This document shows positions 20,856 to 31,510 of a stretch of 64,000 nt of DNA, one piece after another. The position numbers and the translations under genes are program-made. The DNA comes from an uncultured Chloroflexia bacterium (GTDB lineage: Bacteria; Chloroflexota; Dehalococcoidia; UBA2247; RBG-13-53-26): contig CAVRFM010000015.1 of assembly GCA_963720375.1 (NCBI GenBank), positions 39,988 to 103,987 on the forward strand, given 5' to 3'. Under the pieces are notes generated by a model. It was given only the letters and a program-made list of their open reading frames with translations. It did not search any database and had not been told where the DNA came from. Position 1 is the stretch's first letter, and the number at the start of each line of letters is the position of its first letter.

Positions 20856-21638
20856 CTATCTGGCGAAGATGAATTCCTCGATAGCTCTGAAATAGGCCTG
20901 CGTATCCGTCATCATGATGTCATTGTGGTCAGCCCCAGGGATGATCACCAGTCGCTTACCTTTGGCAGCCGCGTTCTCAAAGAGGTCTTTGGCTTCCTCA
21001 AAAGGTATGAGGCTGTCACACTCGGCGTGAATGATCAGAGTCGGCAGGGTGATGGTCCGGATCTTCGATAGATTGGGGAATCCGAAGTCTTTTATGCCCA
21101 GTACGTCCCTTGGGAAGCCCAGGCGTGTCATCAGCCTCACTGTGCTGGCAAACCCGCTCTCAATAACCAGGCCACTGATTTTGTCCTCATAACGCGAGGC
21201 TAGCTCAATGGCAGGCACACTCCCCAGAGAGCGCCCCATCACAAAGGTCTTACCGCTGTAACCGCCCTTAAGCAGAGCCGCTATGAAATATTCGAATATG
21301 CGATGGGAATCAGCCACCATACTGCTGAAGGTAGGCCTGCCACCGCTCGCACCATAACCCCGATAGTCAGCCACAAACAGATTCACTCCCAGTCGATTGT
21401 AGATAGGAGCAATATAGTCATAATCGCTGACCACCTCACCATTGCCGTGAAAAAATAGCACAGAGGGTGATCTCCGATCATGCACATGAAAGCGACAGGA
21501 AATCGACACATCCTCATCCACGGCGATGAGGTGATCAGTCGCATTGGGAGGAGGGGTCGTGAAATCCTTCCTCGGATAAAAGACAAACTGAAGAAGTTCC
21601 GGTCTATCTAATGCGGAGTAATCATCATGATGAGACAT
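20856..21638 (-). CDS. Alpha/beta-fold hydrolase
   Basis: GRSLGS nucleophile elbow with downstream Asp/His. Confidence 0.7.
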   Translation of the reverse strand: MSHHDDYSALDRPELLQFVFYPRKDFTTPPPNATDHLIAVDEDVSISCRFHVHDRRSPSVLFFHGNGEVVSDYDYIAPIYNRLGVNLFVADYRGYGASGGRPTFSSMVADSHRIFEYFIAALLKGGYSGKTFVMGRSLGSVPAIELASRYEDKISGLVIESGFASTVRLMTRLGFPRDVLGIKDFGFPNLSKIRTITLPTLIIHAECDSLIPFEEAKDLFENAAAKGKRLVIIPGADHNDIMMTDTQAYFRAIEEFIFAR

Positions 21639-21650
21639 ACTGGCCCTGGC

Positions 21651-22079
21651 TCATTGACCCGGCCTGCCCGGCGTTTCATATCCAGGGAAAAATAGCTTGA
21701 TCTCCTTCCGGGCGTTCTCTTCAGAATCAGAGCCATGAATCAGGTTCTGGCCGATGTCCAATCCGAAGTCCCCTCTTATTGTTCCAGGCGCAGCTTTGAT
21801 GGGATCTGTGTCACCCATCATCTGGCGCACTACTTCCACAGCTCTTTCACCTTCAACCACCGCCGCCACGATGGGGCCCGAGGTTATGAAGTCCACCAAG
21901 CCGGGGAAAAAGGGCTTCCCCTCATGGACAGCATAGTGGCGTTTGGCCATAGCCTTATCCATCCGGAGCATCCTCAGAGCGACAATCTTCAGCCCCTTCT
22001 TCTCCAGGCGTGAAATTATCTCCCCTGTGAGGCCCCTTTGTACCCCATCAGGTTTAACCAGTACCAGGGTTCTCAGCAC
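21651..22079 (-). CDS. ndk: Nucleoside diphosphate kinase
   Basis: NIIHGSD active-site histidine region. Confidence 0.93.
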   Translation of the reverse strand: MLRTLVLVKPDGVQRGLTGEIISRLEKKGLKIVALRMLRMDKAMAKRHYAVHEGKPFFPGLVDFITSGPIVAAVVEGERAVEVVRQMMGDTDPIKAAPGTIRGDFGLDIGQNLIHGSDSEENARKEIKLFFPGYETPGRPGQ

Positions 22080-22082
22080 TTT

Positions 22083-23075
22083 CTAGCCCCCTTTCTTAAA
22101 ATGGTCCCACCCTTTCTTATCGACACGGAAAGGCTTCCCATCCTTTCCAACCACAGACATCTGCAACCCGCTGATTATCTCACCAATTACAGTCACAGGA
22201 CAGTCGACCTCAGGCGAATTTCTCACATTGTCGATAGTCTCTTTGTTGGCAGCAAATAAGAGCTCGTAATCTTCACCACCAGTCAAAGCAAAATTAATGG
22301 AGTCTTCCGGGAAAGCTGCCTTCACCGTGGGGTGGATGGGGATCTGGCCTTCCCTCACGATGGCACCAACCCTGCTCGCTTCGCACAGATGACCAAGGTC
22401 AGCCATCAATCCGTCGCTGATGTCCATACCTGCCCGCACCCCTTGTCTCACCAAAAGCTGCCCTTGAACAACCCTCGGCTGTGGTTGAAGATAGGCCTTC
22501 CTCAGAAAGTCAGCGGTTTCCGGAGCGAACCGGAGATTGTGGGTTAGCATCATCAACCCCCCTGCCGAAGACCCCAGATAGCCCGTGACAGCTATCAGGT
22601 CACCCGGCGCTGCCGCCGATCTGGTCAGCATACCCTCGCTCCGGGCCTGTCCTATCACCGTCACAGTGATCATCACCACTGGCGCACTGGTAGTATTCCC
22701 ACCCACAATAGCCACGTTGAATTGGTTTGCCAACTCCGCCATACCCCGGTAAAGCTGGACCACGTTATCCACCTCAGTATCTGCTGGCAGAGAAAGCGCC
22801 ACCAGAGCATACCGCGGCACACCACCCATAGCAGCAATATCACTTAAGTTGACTGCCATAGCCTTCCAGCCCAGCTCCCACCAAGGACTCCCTACCATAA
22901 AGTGCACCCCTTGGACCAGAGCATCGGTAGTCGCCAGCACAGTGGAACCATCGCCCCGCCAGGCTGCAGCATCATCACCAATACCTACCACAACTTTGTG
23001 CTCTCTGCCGCCCTGAGGAACTATCCCCGAAAGAAGCTCAATCAGTCCAAATTCACCGAGTTCAGAGACCTTCAT
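22083..23075 (-). CDS. thiL: Thiamine-monophosphate kinase ThiL (start taken at MKVSELGEFGLI)
   Basis: AIRS-like N and C domains. GDDAA motif. Confidence 0.85.
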   Translation of the reverse strand: MKVSELGEFGLIELLSGIVPQGGREHKVVVGIGDDAAAWRGDGSTVLATTDALVQGVHFMVGSPWWELGWKAMAVNLSDIAAMGGVPRYALVALSLPADTEVDNVVQLYRGMAELANQFNVAIVGGNTTSAPVVMITVTVIGQARSEGMLTRSAAAPGDLIAVTGYLGSSAGGLMMLTHNLRFAPETADFLRKAYLQPQPRVVQGQLLVRQGVRAGMDISDGLMADLGHLCEASRVGAIVREGQIPIHPTVKAAFPEDSINFALTGGEDYELLFAANKETIDNVRNSPEVDCPVTVIGEIISGLQMSVVGKDGKPFRVDKKGWDHFKKGG

Positions 23076-23190
23076 CGGCAAGATTATAGCCAATCGAAGC
23101 TTGAACCTCAATCGTAGCCATAACAGATTCTCCCACCAGTAATCTTGGCCAAGAGGCACCAAACCTGCTATAGTTACCCTGGCTTTCGAG

Positions 23191-23925
23191 ATGCGCTATG
23201 CTATCCTGGCTGACATTCACAGTAACCTGGCAGCTTTCCAGGCCGTACTGGAGGATTTGAAGAATAGGGGCGGAGCTGAGGAAATATGGTGCCTCGGCGA
23301 TGTGGTCGGCTACGGTCCTGACCCGCATGAATGCATACAGCTTCTGCGTCAGCATCGTCACCTTTGCGTTGCCGGCAATCACGACTGGGCAGCCATAGGC
23401 AACATAGATACCTCATTTTTCAATCCCGAGGCTGCGGCTGCTTGTCACTGGACTGCTGAAAGGCTGACCCGTGAAGATATCGCTTACCTGCATAGTCTAC
23501 CCCTAACCCTGTGCCAGGGCGATTTCACCCTCGTACACGGCAGCCCCAGAGAGCCCATCTGGGAGTACATCCTCTCTACGGAATCCGCGCTGGACAACTT
23601 CGACTACTTTGATACCAGATTCTGCTTTATAGGCCACTCCCATGCACCGCTGGTTTTCGAGCTTGATCAGGATAACCTCTGCCAGCTTCACCACCTGCCC
23701 GGCGAATTACCCCTGAAACAGGGAAGAAACCGCCTCGTCATCAATTGCGGTGGAGTAGGGCAGCCAAGAGATGGTAACCCCAAGGCCAGCTACGCCATCC
23801 TTGACATCGAAGAGGGGCTACTCCATCACTACCGCGTCGAATATGATATCTCGCTCACCCAACAAAAGATGATGGATACAGACCTGCCCCTCAGCCTGGC
23901 TAACCGTTTGAGTGTGGGGTGGTAA
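23191..23925 (+). CDS. Calcineurin-like metallophosphoesterase
   Basis: DIHSN...GDVVGYG...GNHD metal-binding motifs. Confidence 0.8.
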   Translation: MRYAILADIHSNLAAFQAVLEDLKNRGGAEEIWCLGDVVGYGPDPHECIQLLRQHRHLCVAGNHDWAAIGNIDTSFFNPEAAAACHWTAERLTREDIAYLHSLPLTLCQGDFTLVHGSPREPIWEYILSTESALDNFDYFDTRFCFIGHSHAPLVFELDQDNLCQLHHLPGELPLKQGRNRLVINCGGVGQPRDGNPKASYAILDIEEGLLHHYRVEYDISLTQQKMMDTDLPLSLANRLSVGW

Positions 23926-23964
23926 TATCTTCCCAAGTTGTGATAAAATAGTCAGAGTATCGGT

Positions 23965-24765
23965 ATGGAGAAACAAGGCTTTACCCTGGAAGCGGTAGCC
24001 CTGGCCTTTCTTACTTCACTGCCACCAGAAGAAAGAAAAGAAAAGCAGCAAGAAGTAAATAAATTTGTCCTCTGGTATGGCAAGGAACGTCTCATCAGTC
24101 AGGTCACCCCTGTGGTAGTAGCCAACTACGCTGAGTCGGTAGCCGCATCGACTGGTGATGCTACCAAGAAGCTTGAGCCGGTGAGATCCCTGCTAACCTA
24201 TGCCAAGAAGGAGAAGCTCATCAAGACCAGCTTGGCTCCACACCTCAGGATAAAACAGACCTCGTCCAAGACTCCCATACCCACCAAGCCAAAGCAGCAG
24301 ATCGCTCTGACAGCCGAGGACTATGCCCTGTTGAAGTCACAACTTTCTTCCCTGGAGGAAGAGCGTGTACACGTCGCAGAGGAGATGCGCATAGCCGCCG
24401 CCGACAAGGATTTTCGCGAAAATGCCCCGCTGCACGCAGCTAGAGAGCACCGCGATCACATAGAAGCCCAAATGAAAGAAATACAGACTGCCATCACCAC
24501 CGGAGTAATAGTCGAGGCAGACAAACCAATGGAAACCCCTACCGTTACCGTGAGGCTGAGAACCAAGGTCGTTCTACGCGATATCGCTTCCGGGAAAGAG
24601 CTGACTTATACCCTGGTCACTAAGAACGAGGCTAACCCGGCAAATGGCAAGATCTCGATCATCTCCCCCATAGGCAAAGCGCTCTTGAACCAACCCCAGG
24701 GCGCCGTGGTGAAAGTAATCGCCCCGGCAGGTGAACTGCACTATCAGATCCAGCACATCGAATAG
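23965..24765 (+). CDS. greA: GreA-like transcript cleavage factor with an N-terminal extension of about 100 aa
   Basis: Residues from about 103 onward have the GreA coiled-coil (DFRENAPLHAAREHRDHIEAQMKEIQ) and the C-terminal FKBP-like domain (ISIISPIGKALLNQPQGAVVKV). The N-terminal third is unique. Confidence 0.8.
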   Translation: MEKQGFTLEAVALAFLTSLPPEERKEKQQEVNKFVLWYGKERLISQVTPVVVANYAESVAASTGDATKKLEPVRSLLTYAKKEKLIKTSLAPHLRIKQTSSKTPIPTKPKQQIALTAEDYALLKSQLSSLEEERVHVAEEMRIAAADKDFRENAPLHAAREHRDHIEAQMKEIQTAITTGVIVEADKPMETPTVTVRLRTKVVLRDIASGKELTYTLVTKNEANPANGKISIISPIGKALLNQPQGAVVKVIAPAGELHYQIQHIE

Positions 24766-24949
24766 CCCGAAGAAAAGCCCAAACCCACACTACCGCAACA
24801 CACTCTTTACTAAGCTTTTGGCCCAAGAAGACTAAGAGAATTACATTCTGCTTCCACATCAAGGAACGCCACCCCAATCTATGAACTGGCTCGGGCACTG
24901 CACACCAGCGTGCTTATCCGGTTCATCAGATGCTATATTATGAAGTGAG

Positions 24950-26287
24950 ATGTACCAGGATACCATCGCTGCCATATCCACACCCTTAGGTGAAGGTGGC
25001 GTGGGGATTGTCCGCCTCAGCGGCACCGAGGCTCGCCGCATTGCGGAGGCTGTCTTCCGAGGCAAGCTTTCCAACCGCCGCCTTAGCTATGGACACATTG
25101 TCGATCCTGAAACCAGCGAGGTGATAGATGAGGTGCTGGTCTCTTATATGGCCGCACCTCATACATATACCAGAGAAGATGTAGTGGAGATCAACTGTCA
25201 TGGGGGGCCCTTGCCCCTTCAGCAAATACTGAAACTGGCGCTGCACCACGGGGCAAGGCTGGCCTATCCCGGGGAGTTCACATTGAGGGCCTTCCTTAAC
25301 GGCAGGATAGATCTGGCTCAGGCTGAGTCAGTCCTGGATATAGTCCGTGCCAGGACTGATGCTAGCCTGCGGCTGGCTATCCAGGGACTCGAGGGTCGCC
25401 TCTCCGTAGCCATCAAGACCATCCGTACCAGATTAATGTCAGTCCTGGCCTATCTCACCGCCAGAATAGATTTCCCTGAAGATGAGATAGAACCACAAGA
25501 AGTAATTCGACCATTAAATGAAGCTTTGCAAAGCCTGCGAGAGCTGCTCGCCACTGCAGATACCGGCATGGTCTATCGCTTGGGCATGAGAACCGCTATC
25601 GTAGGACGCCCCAACGTGGGCAAGTCAAGCCTGCTGAACCAGCTTCTCCGCGAAGACCGCTCTATTGTCACCCCAATCCCCGGAACCACCCGAGACACCA
25701 TAGAAGAGGTGTCAAATATAGACGGCGTTCCTTTTATCCTGGTGGATACTGCTGGAATTATCCATAGCCAGGATATTATAGAATCCCTGGGGGTAGGGCG
25801 TAGCCAAAAGGCAATAGAGCAGGCTGACCTTGTTCTTGCAGTCATTGATATGAGTCAGCCGATAACAAAGGCCGACAAAGAGATACTGGATCTCATAGGC
25901 AACAAGGCAGCTTTAATAGTGGCCAATAAGTGTGATTTGCCCCACCAGGCCAAGCCTGGTGAATTAGGACGGGAGGTAGTCTTTATCTCAGCCCTTTCGG
26001 GGGAGGGTATCGCCCAACTCGAGGAAAGGATGGTCAGGATGGCCCTCGGGGGAAAGGTTTTTGTCTCCGATGCCCCTATTGTGAACAATCCTCGCCACAA
26101 AGATGCCTTGGAAAGAGCCGAGAGGAGTCTAATCCAGGCCTTGTCAGACATAGACTCAGGTATGCCTGACGACTTCGTCACCATTGATCTGACTGCCGCC
26201 CTCAACGCCCTCGGTGAGATTACCGGCGAGACAGTTCAGGAAGACCTCCTGGAGACTATTTTCAGCAACTTCTGCATTGGGAAATAG
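24950..26287 (+). CDS. mnmE: tRNA modification GTPase MnmE
   Basis: GRPNVGKSSLLN G-domain and the C-terminal CIGK motif. Confidence 0.93.
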   Translation: MYQDTIAAISTPLGEGGVGIVRLSGTEARRIAEAVFRGKLSNRRLSYGHIVDPETSEVIDEVLVSYMAAPHTYTREDVVEINCHGGPLPLQQILKLALHHGARLAYPGEFTLRAFLNGRIDLAQAESVLDIVRARTDASLRLAIQGLEGRLSVAIKTIRTRLMSVLAYLTARIDFPEDEIEPQEVIRPLNEALQSLRELLATADTGMVYRLGMRTAIVGRPNVGKSSLLNQLLREDRSIVTPIPGTTRDTIEEVSNIDGVPFILVDTAGIIHSQDIIESLGVGRSQKAIEQADLVLAVIDMSQPITKADKEILDLIGNKAALIVANKCDLPHQAKPGELGREVVFISALSGEGIAQLEERMVRMALGGKVFVSDAPIVNNPRHKDALERAERSLIQALSDIDSGMPDDFVTIDLTAALNALGEITGETVQEDLLETIFSNFCIGK

Positions 26288-26325
26288 CGAACACTTCATA
26301 AGAAGCTGCACGAAGGCCGCCAGCT

Positions 26326-27120
26326 CTATTTGTTATCAAGAGATTTAAGGGCCTCCTCGTATCTATCCATTAGCCTGGTCTTGGCCAGTTCAATGGCCCG
26401 TTCAACCGCAGGTCTCCCTCTCAACAGAGCCCGTTCTTCTGCAGCCTGAAGAACAGCCTCGTCCCTATTCATACTGCTCACCAAGATATTCCTCAGCTCA
26501 GCAATCTTCGCCTCATCTCCTGGATTTGCTGCCCTTATGCGCGCAGTCAGTTCCTCCATTTTCTTCAGATGGGCACTGAATCGCGCGGCCAGTTCTTCCA
26601 GTCCCTCGGTGCGGCCTTGCTCGGCCATTCGCACCATCTCCGCAACCCGCCGGCCAGCAAATTCGGCCTGAAGCTTTGCCTTGGCAGTATCTGAGAAGGT
26701 CATACTCAACCACACCCGCTCAGTCGCCGTCTTCACCGGGTAGAGGGTATCGCCGGGGAGGCTGCTGGAGGAGGCAGCCACTGTGCCACTGCCAGCCAGA
26801 AGAATCACCAGAAAAACAGCAGCCACCACAGCCGCCCATCGAGGCACCCAGCTAACCAGAGGAAGCCTCCTCGGCCCGGCCTTCTGCCTCTTGGCATGGA
26901 GCAATGACTCAATCTGATACCTGGCCTGCGCCTTGAACTCCGCGCGTGGCTCAACAGCAGACGTCCTCTGCGCAGCTATCGCAACTCGAAGTAATGGCTC
27001 CAATTGCACTGCATGCTCTGGATAGCGCTCCAGACATTGCCCTACACTCTCCCCCCGGAGTACTCGGTCAATACACTCGTTTAAGATATGCTCAAATCGC
27101 TCAGACATCGGCTTATCCAC
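26326..27120 (-). CDS. Membrane anti-sigma factor (DUF5667-like extracytoplasmic domain)
   Basis: Located immediately downstream of the ECF sigma gene. Single TM segment and a coiled-coil periplasmic domain. Confidence 0.65.
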   Translation of the reverse strand: MDKPMSERFEHILNECIDRVLRGESVGQCLERYPEHAVQLEPLLRVAIAAQRTSAVEPRAEFKAQARYQIESLLHAKRQKAGPRRLPLVSWVPRWAAVVAAVFLVILLAGSGTVAASSSSLPGDTLYPVKTATERVWLSMTFSDTAKAKLQAEFAGRRVAEMVRMAEQGRTEGLEELAARFSAHLKKMEELTARIRAANPGDEAKIAELRNILVSSMNRDEAVLQAAEERALLRGRPAVERAIELAKTRLMDRYEEALKSLDNK

Positions 27121-27238
27121 CGCTCCCTAACCTATATAACGAAAAACTCCGCCAAAGGTTAGCACCTTCTTGATCAAGAACCCCAGCCTCTTTGCCAGAC
27201 GAATACGAACCCAGCAAAAAGGAGCACCACCAAAAACA

Positions 27239-27805
27239 CTAGTCACCGGATTCCTCTTCGCTTAAGCCAAGGATTCGGCGCAGCTTTACCAGTGCAGCAT
27301 GTTGCAAAACCTTGACCGCACCCTCGCTCTTGCCCATGACCCTGGCTGCCTCTGCTACAGACAATCCACCAGCAAAGCGCAGGAAGATAACCTCCCGCTG
27401 TCCATCAGAAAGCCGCTCACAAGCTGCAGCTAGCTGTTCCAGGCTGAGTTTCTGCTCGGCAAGCATTGCGGGGTCATCCGAAGGCAACGTTTTTGCTTCG
27501 TCAATCTCATCCAAAGGAATCACCCTGGCCTTCTCCCTGCTCTTCTTCTTCCAATGATCCACCACCTGATTATGGGCTATCCGGAAAAGCCAGGAGGAAA
27601 AGGGCATCCCCTTATGGCGATAGGAACCGATATGGTCCAGGGCCTTGAGGAAGACCTGCTGGGTCAAATCCTCAGCATCCGCCTGGTTTCTCACCCTGAG
27701 CACAATATACCGGTATATCCTGTCGAAGTGCTCCTCATAGAGCTGCCCAAAGGCCTCCGGATCCTGCCCTTGAGCCCGGCGTACCAGATCTTCTTCCTTT
27801 TGCAC
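27239..27805 (-). CDS. ECF-family RNA polymerase sigma factor
   Basis: Sigma-70 region 2 (LTQQVFLKALDHIGSY) and region 4 HTH (LSVAEAARVMGKSEGAVKVLQHAALVKLR). Confidence 0.88.
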   Translation of the reverse strand: MQKEEDLVRRAQGQDPEAFGQLYEEHFDRIYRYIVLRVRNQADAEDLTQQVFLKALDHIGSYRHKGMPFSSWLFRIAHNQVVDHWKKKSREKARVIPLDEIDEAKTLPSDDPAMLAEQKLSLEQLAAACERLSDGQREVIFLRFAGGLSVAEAARVMGKSEGAVKVLQHAALVKLRRILGLSEEESGD

Positions 27806-27952
27806 CTAATAATCCCAAATTCAAGCTTGCGCAGGATAAGTCGCCATCACCTTCAGATTATATAACACCAGGAGAGGCAACGGGCCAGCTATAGTTGGCT
27901 GGCCGTCTCCAAATAGACACACCTGATTTGTCCATGCTATATTAAGCCCGCC

Positions 27953-29416
27953 ATGACCTATGAAACCATCATCGGCCTGGAGGTTCATACTCAGCTGCTG
28001 ACTCGGAGCAAGATGTTCTGCCGCTGTTCCGCAGATTACGCCAATGCTCCACCCAACACCCATGTTTGCCCCATCTGTTTGGGCATGCCAGGGGTATTGC
28101 CTACCATCAACAAGAGGGCGGTGGAGTACACCGTAATGACTGCGTTAGCCCTGAACTGCACCATACCGCAATTCACCAAATTTGATCGGAAGAACTATCC
28201 CTATCCCGATCTCATGAAGGGATACCAGATTTCCCAATACGACGCCCCTATCAGTGTTCAGGGCCGGATATTGCTCGAAACCGAGGGGGAGAAGAGACTA
28301 GTGAATATCAGGCGGGTACACCTAGAGGAGGATGTGGCCAAATTGGTGCACCGCACCAGCTCCTTCGGAGAGTCCTATAGCCTGATCGATGTCAACCGCT
28401 CCGGGGTACCCTTGATGGAGATTGTCACCGAGCCTGATTTACGTTCACCCGAAGAGGCTAGACAGTTCCTTATGAAGCTGCGCACCATACTGCAGTACCT
28501 TGGAGTATCTACAGGAAACATGGAGGAAGGCAGTTTCAGGTGCGACGCCAACATAAGCATACGCCCAGCAGGCTCGCCTGAAACCCTTGCCAAGGTCGAA
28601 GTGAAGAATATGAACAGCTTCAAGGCAGTCTACCGCGCCCTTGAGTTCGAGGCCAACCGTCAGAGAAAAGTAGCCGAGGAGGGAGGTCGCCTGGCCCAAG
28701 AAACCAGGGGGTGGGTGGAGGAGAAGGGTATAACCCAATCGCAGCGCAGTAAGGAATATGCCCACGACTACCGCTATTTCCCCGAGCCTGATCTTCCCCC
28801 TTTGATATTGAGCCCAGCCTGGGTAGAGGAGACCAAGTCGAATCTGCCTGAACTTCCAGAGTCGAGGCGAGATCGGTTTATGTCCCAGTATGGTTTGCCC
28901 CTTTATGACGCCAATATCCTTACCAACTCCAAGGCCCTGGCCGATTATTTCGAAACCTGCCTGAGATTGTCTCAAGATGCACCCTTAGAAAAGAGAGCCA
29001 AGCGCGTGAGCAACTGGCTGTTGGGCGACTTTGCCCACTGGCTCAACTCAGCCGATATCGAGATCCACCAATCCAAGGTTGCCCCCAGCCATCTGGCAGA
29101 ATTGCTAGATATGACCGACCGGAGCATTATTAGCGGACCCGCTGCCAAGAAGGTCTTCGAAGAGATGTTCCGTACTGGCAAAGGGCCTAAGGAGATTGCG
29201 ACCCAGCTAGGGCTGGGGCAAATCAGTGACACCTCAGCAGTGGAACAAGTAGTAAGGGAGATAATTGCAGCAAACACCCAAGCAGTGGTAGACTTCAAGG
29301 CGGGTAAGGAGCAGGCACTGACTTTCTTAGTGGGTCAGGCTATGAGAGCAACCAAGGGTCGGGCAAATCCCAAGCTGGTGAGTGAGATACTGCAAAAGGA
29401 GCTTGAAAGAGTCTAG
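27953..29416 (+). CDS. gatB: Aspartyl/glutamyl-tRNA amidotransferase subunit B
   Basis: IGLEVHTQL...CPICLGMPG N-terminus and the GatB/YqeY C-terminal domain. Confidence 0.93.
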   Translation: MTYETIIGLEVHTQLLTRSKMFCRCSADYANAPPNTHVCPICLGMPGVLPTINKRAVEYTVMTALALNCTIPQFTKFDRKNYPYPDLMKGYQISQYDAPISVQGRILLETEGEKRLVNIRRVHLEEDVAKLVHRTSSFGESYSLIDVNRSGVPLMEIVTEPDLRSPEEARQFLMKLRTILQYLGVSTGNMEEGSFRCDANISIRPAGSPETLAKVEVKNMNSFKAVYRALEFEANRQRKVAEEGGRLAQETRGWVEEKGITQSQRSKEYAHDYRYFPEPDLPPLILSPAWVEETKSNLPELPESRRDRFMSQYGLPLYDANILTNSKALADYFETCLRLSQDAPLEKRAKRVSNWLLGDFAHWLNSADIEIHQSKVAPSHLAELLDMTDRSIISGPAAKKVFEEMFRTGKGPKEIATQLGLGQISDTSAVEQVVREIIAANTQAVVDFKAGKEQALTFLVGQAMRATKGRANPKLVSEILQKELERV

Positions 29417-29634
29417 TGAGAACCTATTTTGACATCGCGCAGATAATACTCGCCATAGTAATGATCATGGTTATCTTACTTCAGGTAAGAGGAGGAGGAC
29501 TGGGGGGCATCTTTGGACAACCCGACTCTACGTTCCGCACCAGAAGAGGACTCGAAAAGGCGCTGTTCCGATTCACCATTGTCTTGGTGTTGATATTTGT
29601 TGTCCTTTCCATAGTTAGCCTCAGGCTGACTTAG
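29416..29634 (+). CDS. secG: Preprotein translocase subunit SecG
   Basis: 72-aa protein with two TM helices and the LLQVRGGGLGGIFG motif. Confidence 0.85.
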   Translation: MRTYFDIAQIILAIVMIMVILLQVRGGGLGGIFGQPDSTFRTRRGLEKALFRFTIVLVLIFVVLSIVSLRLT

Positions 29635-29654
29635 TCCCCAGATCCCGCACAACA

Positions 29655-30476
29655 GTGGAAAGAATCATCACCCTGACCACAGATTTTGGCACCGAAGATG
29701 CCTATGTGGCAGCTATGAAAGGGACTATTCTGGGCATAAACCCCAGAGTCACACTGGTTGACATTTCCCACTCTATCGAGCCACAAAATATCGCCCAGGG
29801 AGCTTTCGTGCTGAGTACCGCCTACTCCTATTTCCCCGACGGTACTATCCATATGGTCATCATTGACCCTGAAGTAGGCAGCCAGCGCAGGTCGATTATC
29901 GTTAAGACCCCAAAGTCTATCTTTGTTGCCCCGGACAACGGTGTACTAAGCTACATTCTCTATCACGCTTCTCCAATAGGGTATCATCCCGAGGCACAAC
30001 CCAAAGGACTACCGCCTGGCCTTCTGGCATTCGAGATTACCAATCCAATATTCTGGCACCATCCGGTTAGCTCTACCTTTCACGGCCGTGACATATTCGC
30101 TCCAGTAGTTGCCCATATCTCCCTTGGTGTACCTCTTGAGGAATTCGGCAAGCCCATCAGCTCTATTAACGTCTTTCCCATCCCCCAGCCACAAGTTGCA
30201 GAAAGCGGAGACTTGATAGGCCACGTCCTCCATATCGACCGTTTTGGGAATATAATCACAGACATCCAGAGAGAAAGCATCCCTCTCAGCAAATTTCGCC
30301 TCGAGATCGCCGGACAACGAATCGATTCACTAAGCTCAGCGTACGATCAGGCTAATCGCTTACTGGCTCTTATTGGCAGCAGCGGATATCTGGAAATAGC
30401 CCTAAAGAACAGCAGCGCAGCTCACTTGCTTGATGTCAAAATCGGTGATGAAGTAAGGATAAGAAAAGGTCAATAA
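29655..30476 (+). CDS. S-adenosyl-L-methionine hydroxide adenosyltransferase (SAM hydrolase, DUF62)
   Basis: ITLTTDFGTEDAYVAAMKG N-terminus characteristic of the SalL/FlA-fold SAM hydrolases. Confidence 0.8.
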   Translation: MERIITLTTDFGTEDAYVAAMKGTILGINPRVTLVDISHSIEPQNIAQGAFVLSTAYSYFPDGTIHMVIIDPEVGSQRRSIIVKTPKSIFVAPDNGVLSYILYHASPIGYHPEAQPKGLPPGLLAFEITNPIFWHHPVSSTFHGRDIFAPVVAHISLGVPLEEFGKPISSINVFPIPQPQVAESGDLIGHVLHIDRFGNIITDIQRESIPLSKFRLEIAGQRIDSLSSAYDQANRLLALIGSSGYLEIALKNSSAAHLLDVKIGDEVRIRKGQ

Positions 30477-30627
30477 GCCAGCCAATAATGAGAGAATCGA
30501 AACAGGTTACAGATCGCCTGACACCTGTAATGGAGCCTGGAAAGAAGCAGCACTATTGTGCACAATGTGCCGTTTGTGTGCATATCATGTGCAAGAGTGT
30601 AGAGCACTCGGGGCCAACCGGTAGAAA

Positions 30628-31314
30628 ATGACAACTAAGCCAGCATACATCCATAGAATGTTTTCAGCCATAGCCGACAGGTATGACCTTCTTAATACCT
30701 TGCTCAGTTTTAACAGGGATAAATACTGGCGCAGATTTACTGTGTCCAGCCTCGGGTTAAAAGGAGATGAGGTTATCCTGGATGTAGCCACTGGAACAGG
30801 AAAGCTGGCCCAGGAACTGGTCAAAGGGGTCGGAGCAAAAGGCAGAGTTGTCGGGATCGATTTCTGTAAAAGGATGCTTTATATAGCCAAAAACAAGAGC
30901 CCAAACACAGAGCTTGCACTTGCAACCTCAGAGAGCCTGCCCTTCCCAGACAACACTTTTGATTGCGCCACCATCGCCTTTGCCCTTCGAAACGTCCCTG
31001 ATGTCGAAAAGACACTGCGGGAAACAACCAGAGTAGTTAAGAGGGGGGGGAAGGTAATCTGCCTCGAGTTTTCCCGGCCTCGGCATCGGCTCTTCCGGAA
31101 GGTCCATCAGCTTTATCTCTTCCGCATCCTGCCACTCATTGGCTGGGCCCTATCCAGAGACAGGGAGGCTTATATCTATCTTCCTCGTTCCATTGCGGAG
31201 TTCTACGAGCCAAGCGAATTAAAGCAAATCATGGAGCATACTGGCTTAAAGGACACCCACTTCCATCCTCTAACCTGGGGTATTGTTACCATACACGCTG
31301 GAATAAAAAGCTAG
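30628..31314 (+). CDS. ubiE: Demethylmenaquinone / ubiquinone-menaquinone C-methyltransferase
   Basis: RMFSAIADRYDLLNTLLSF start and a LDVATGTG SAM-binding motif. Confidence 0.88.
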   Translation: MTTKPAYIHRMFSAIADRYDLLNTLLSFNRDKYWRRFTVSSLGLKGDEVILDVATGTGKLAQELVKGVGAKGRVVGIDFCKRMLYIAKNKSPNTELALATSESLPFPDNTFDCATIAFALRNVPDVEKTLRETTRVVKRGGKVICLEFSRPRHRLFRKVHQLYLFRILPLIGWALSRDREAYIYLPRSIAEFYEPSELKQIMEHTGLKDTHFHPLTWGIVTIHAGIKS

Positions 31315-31510
31315 CCAACCACTGCCACCCTGTTCTGAAGTCCGCGCTTTTGGCATGACCGGCTTAAGTTGCCCCAATGACTCTAAGACATCCCCCACTA
31401 AAGATCCGGCCCTTCTGAGAACTCCCCCAAAAAACACTGCGCCAGCACCCCGAATTCTCAACTCAGGAACGGAGTGCTGGCGAAAAAACAATATCCAACC
31501 AGACCGGGGG

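Noticed and set aside
27806-27952. An ECF-type (GGAAC...CGTT-like) autoregulated promoter upstream of the sigma-factor gene
   Set aside because: Only a TATATAAT-like -10 was recognisable. No convincing ECF -35/-10 pair was found, so no feature is reported.
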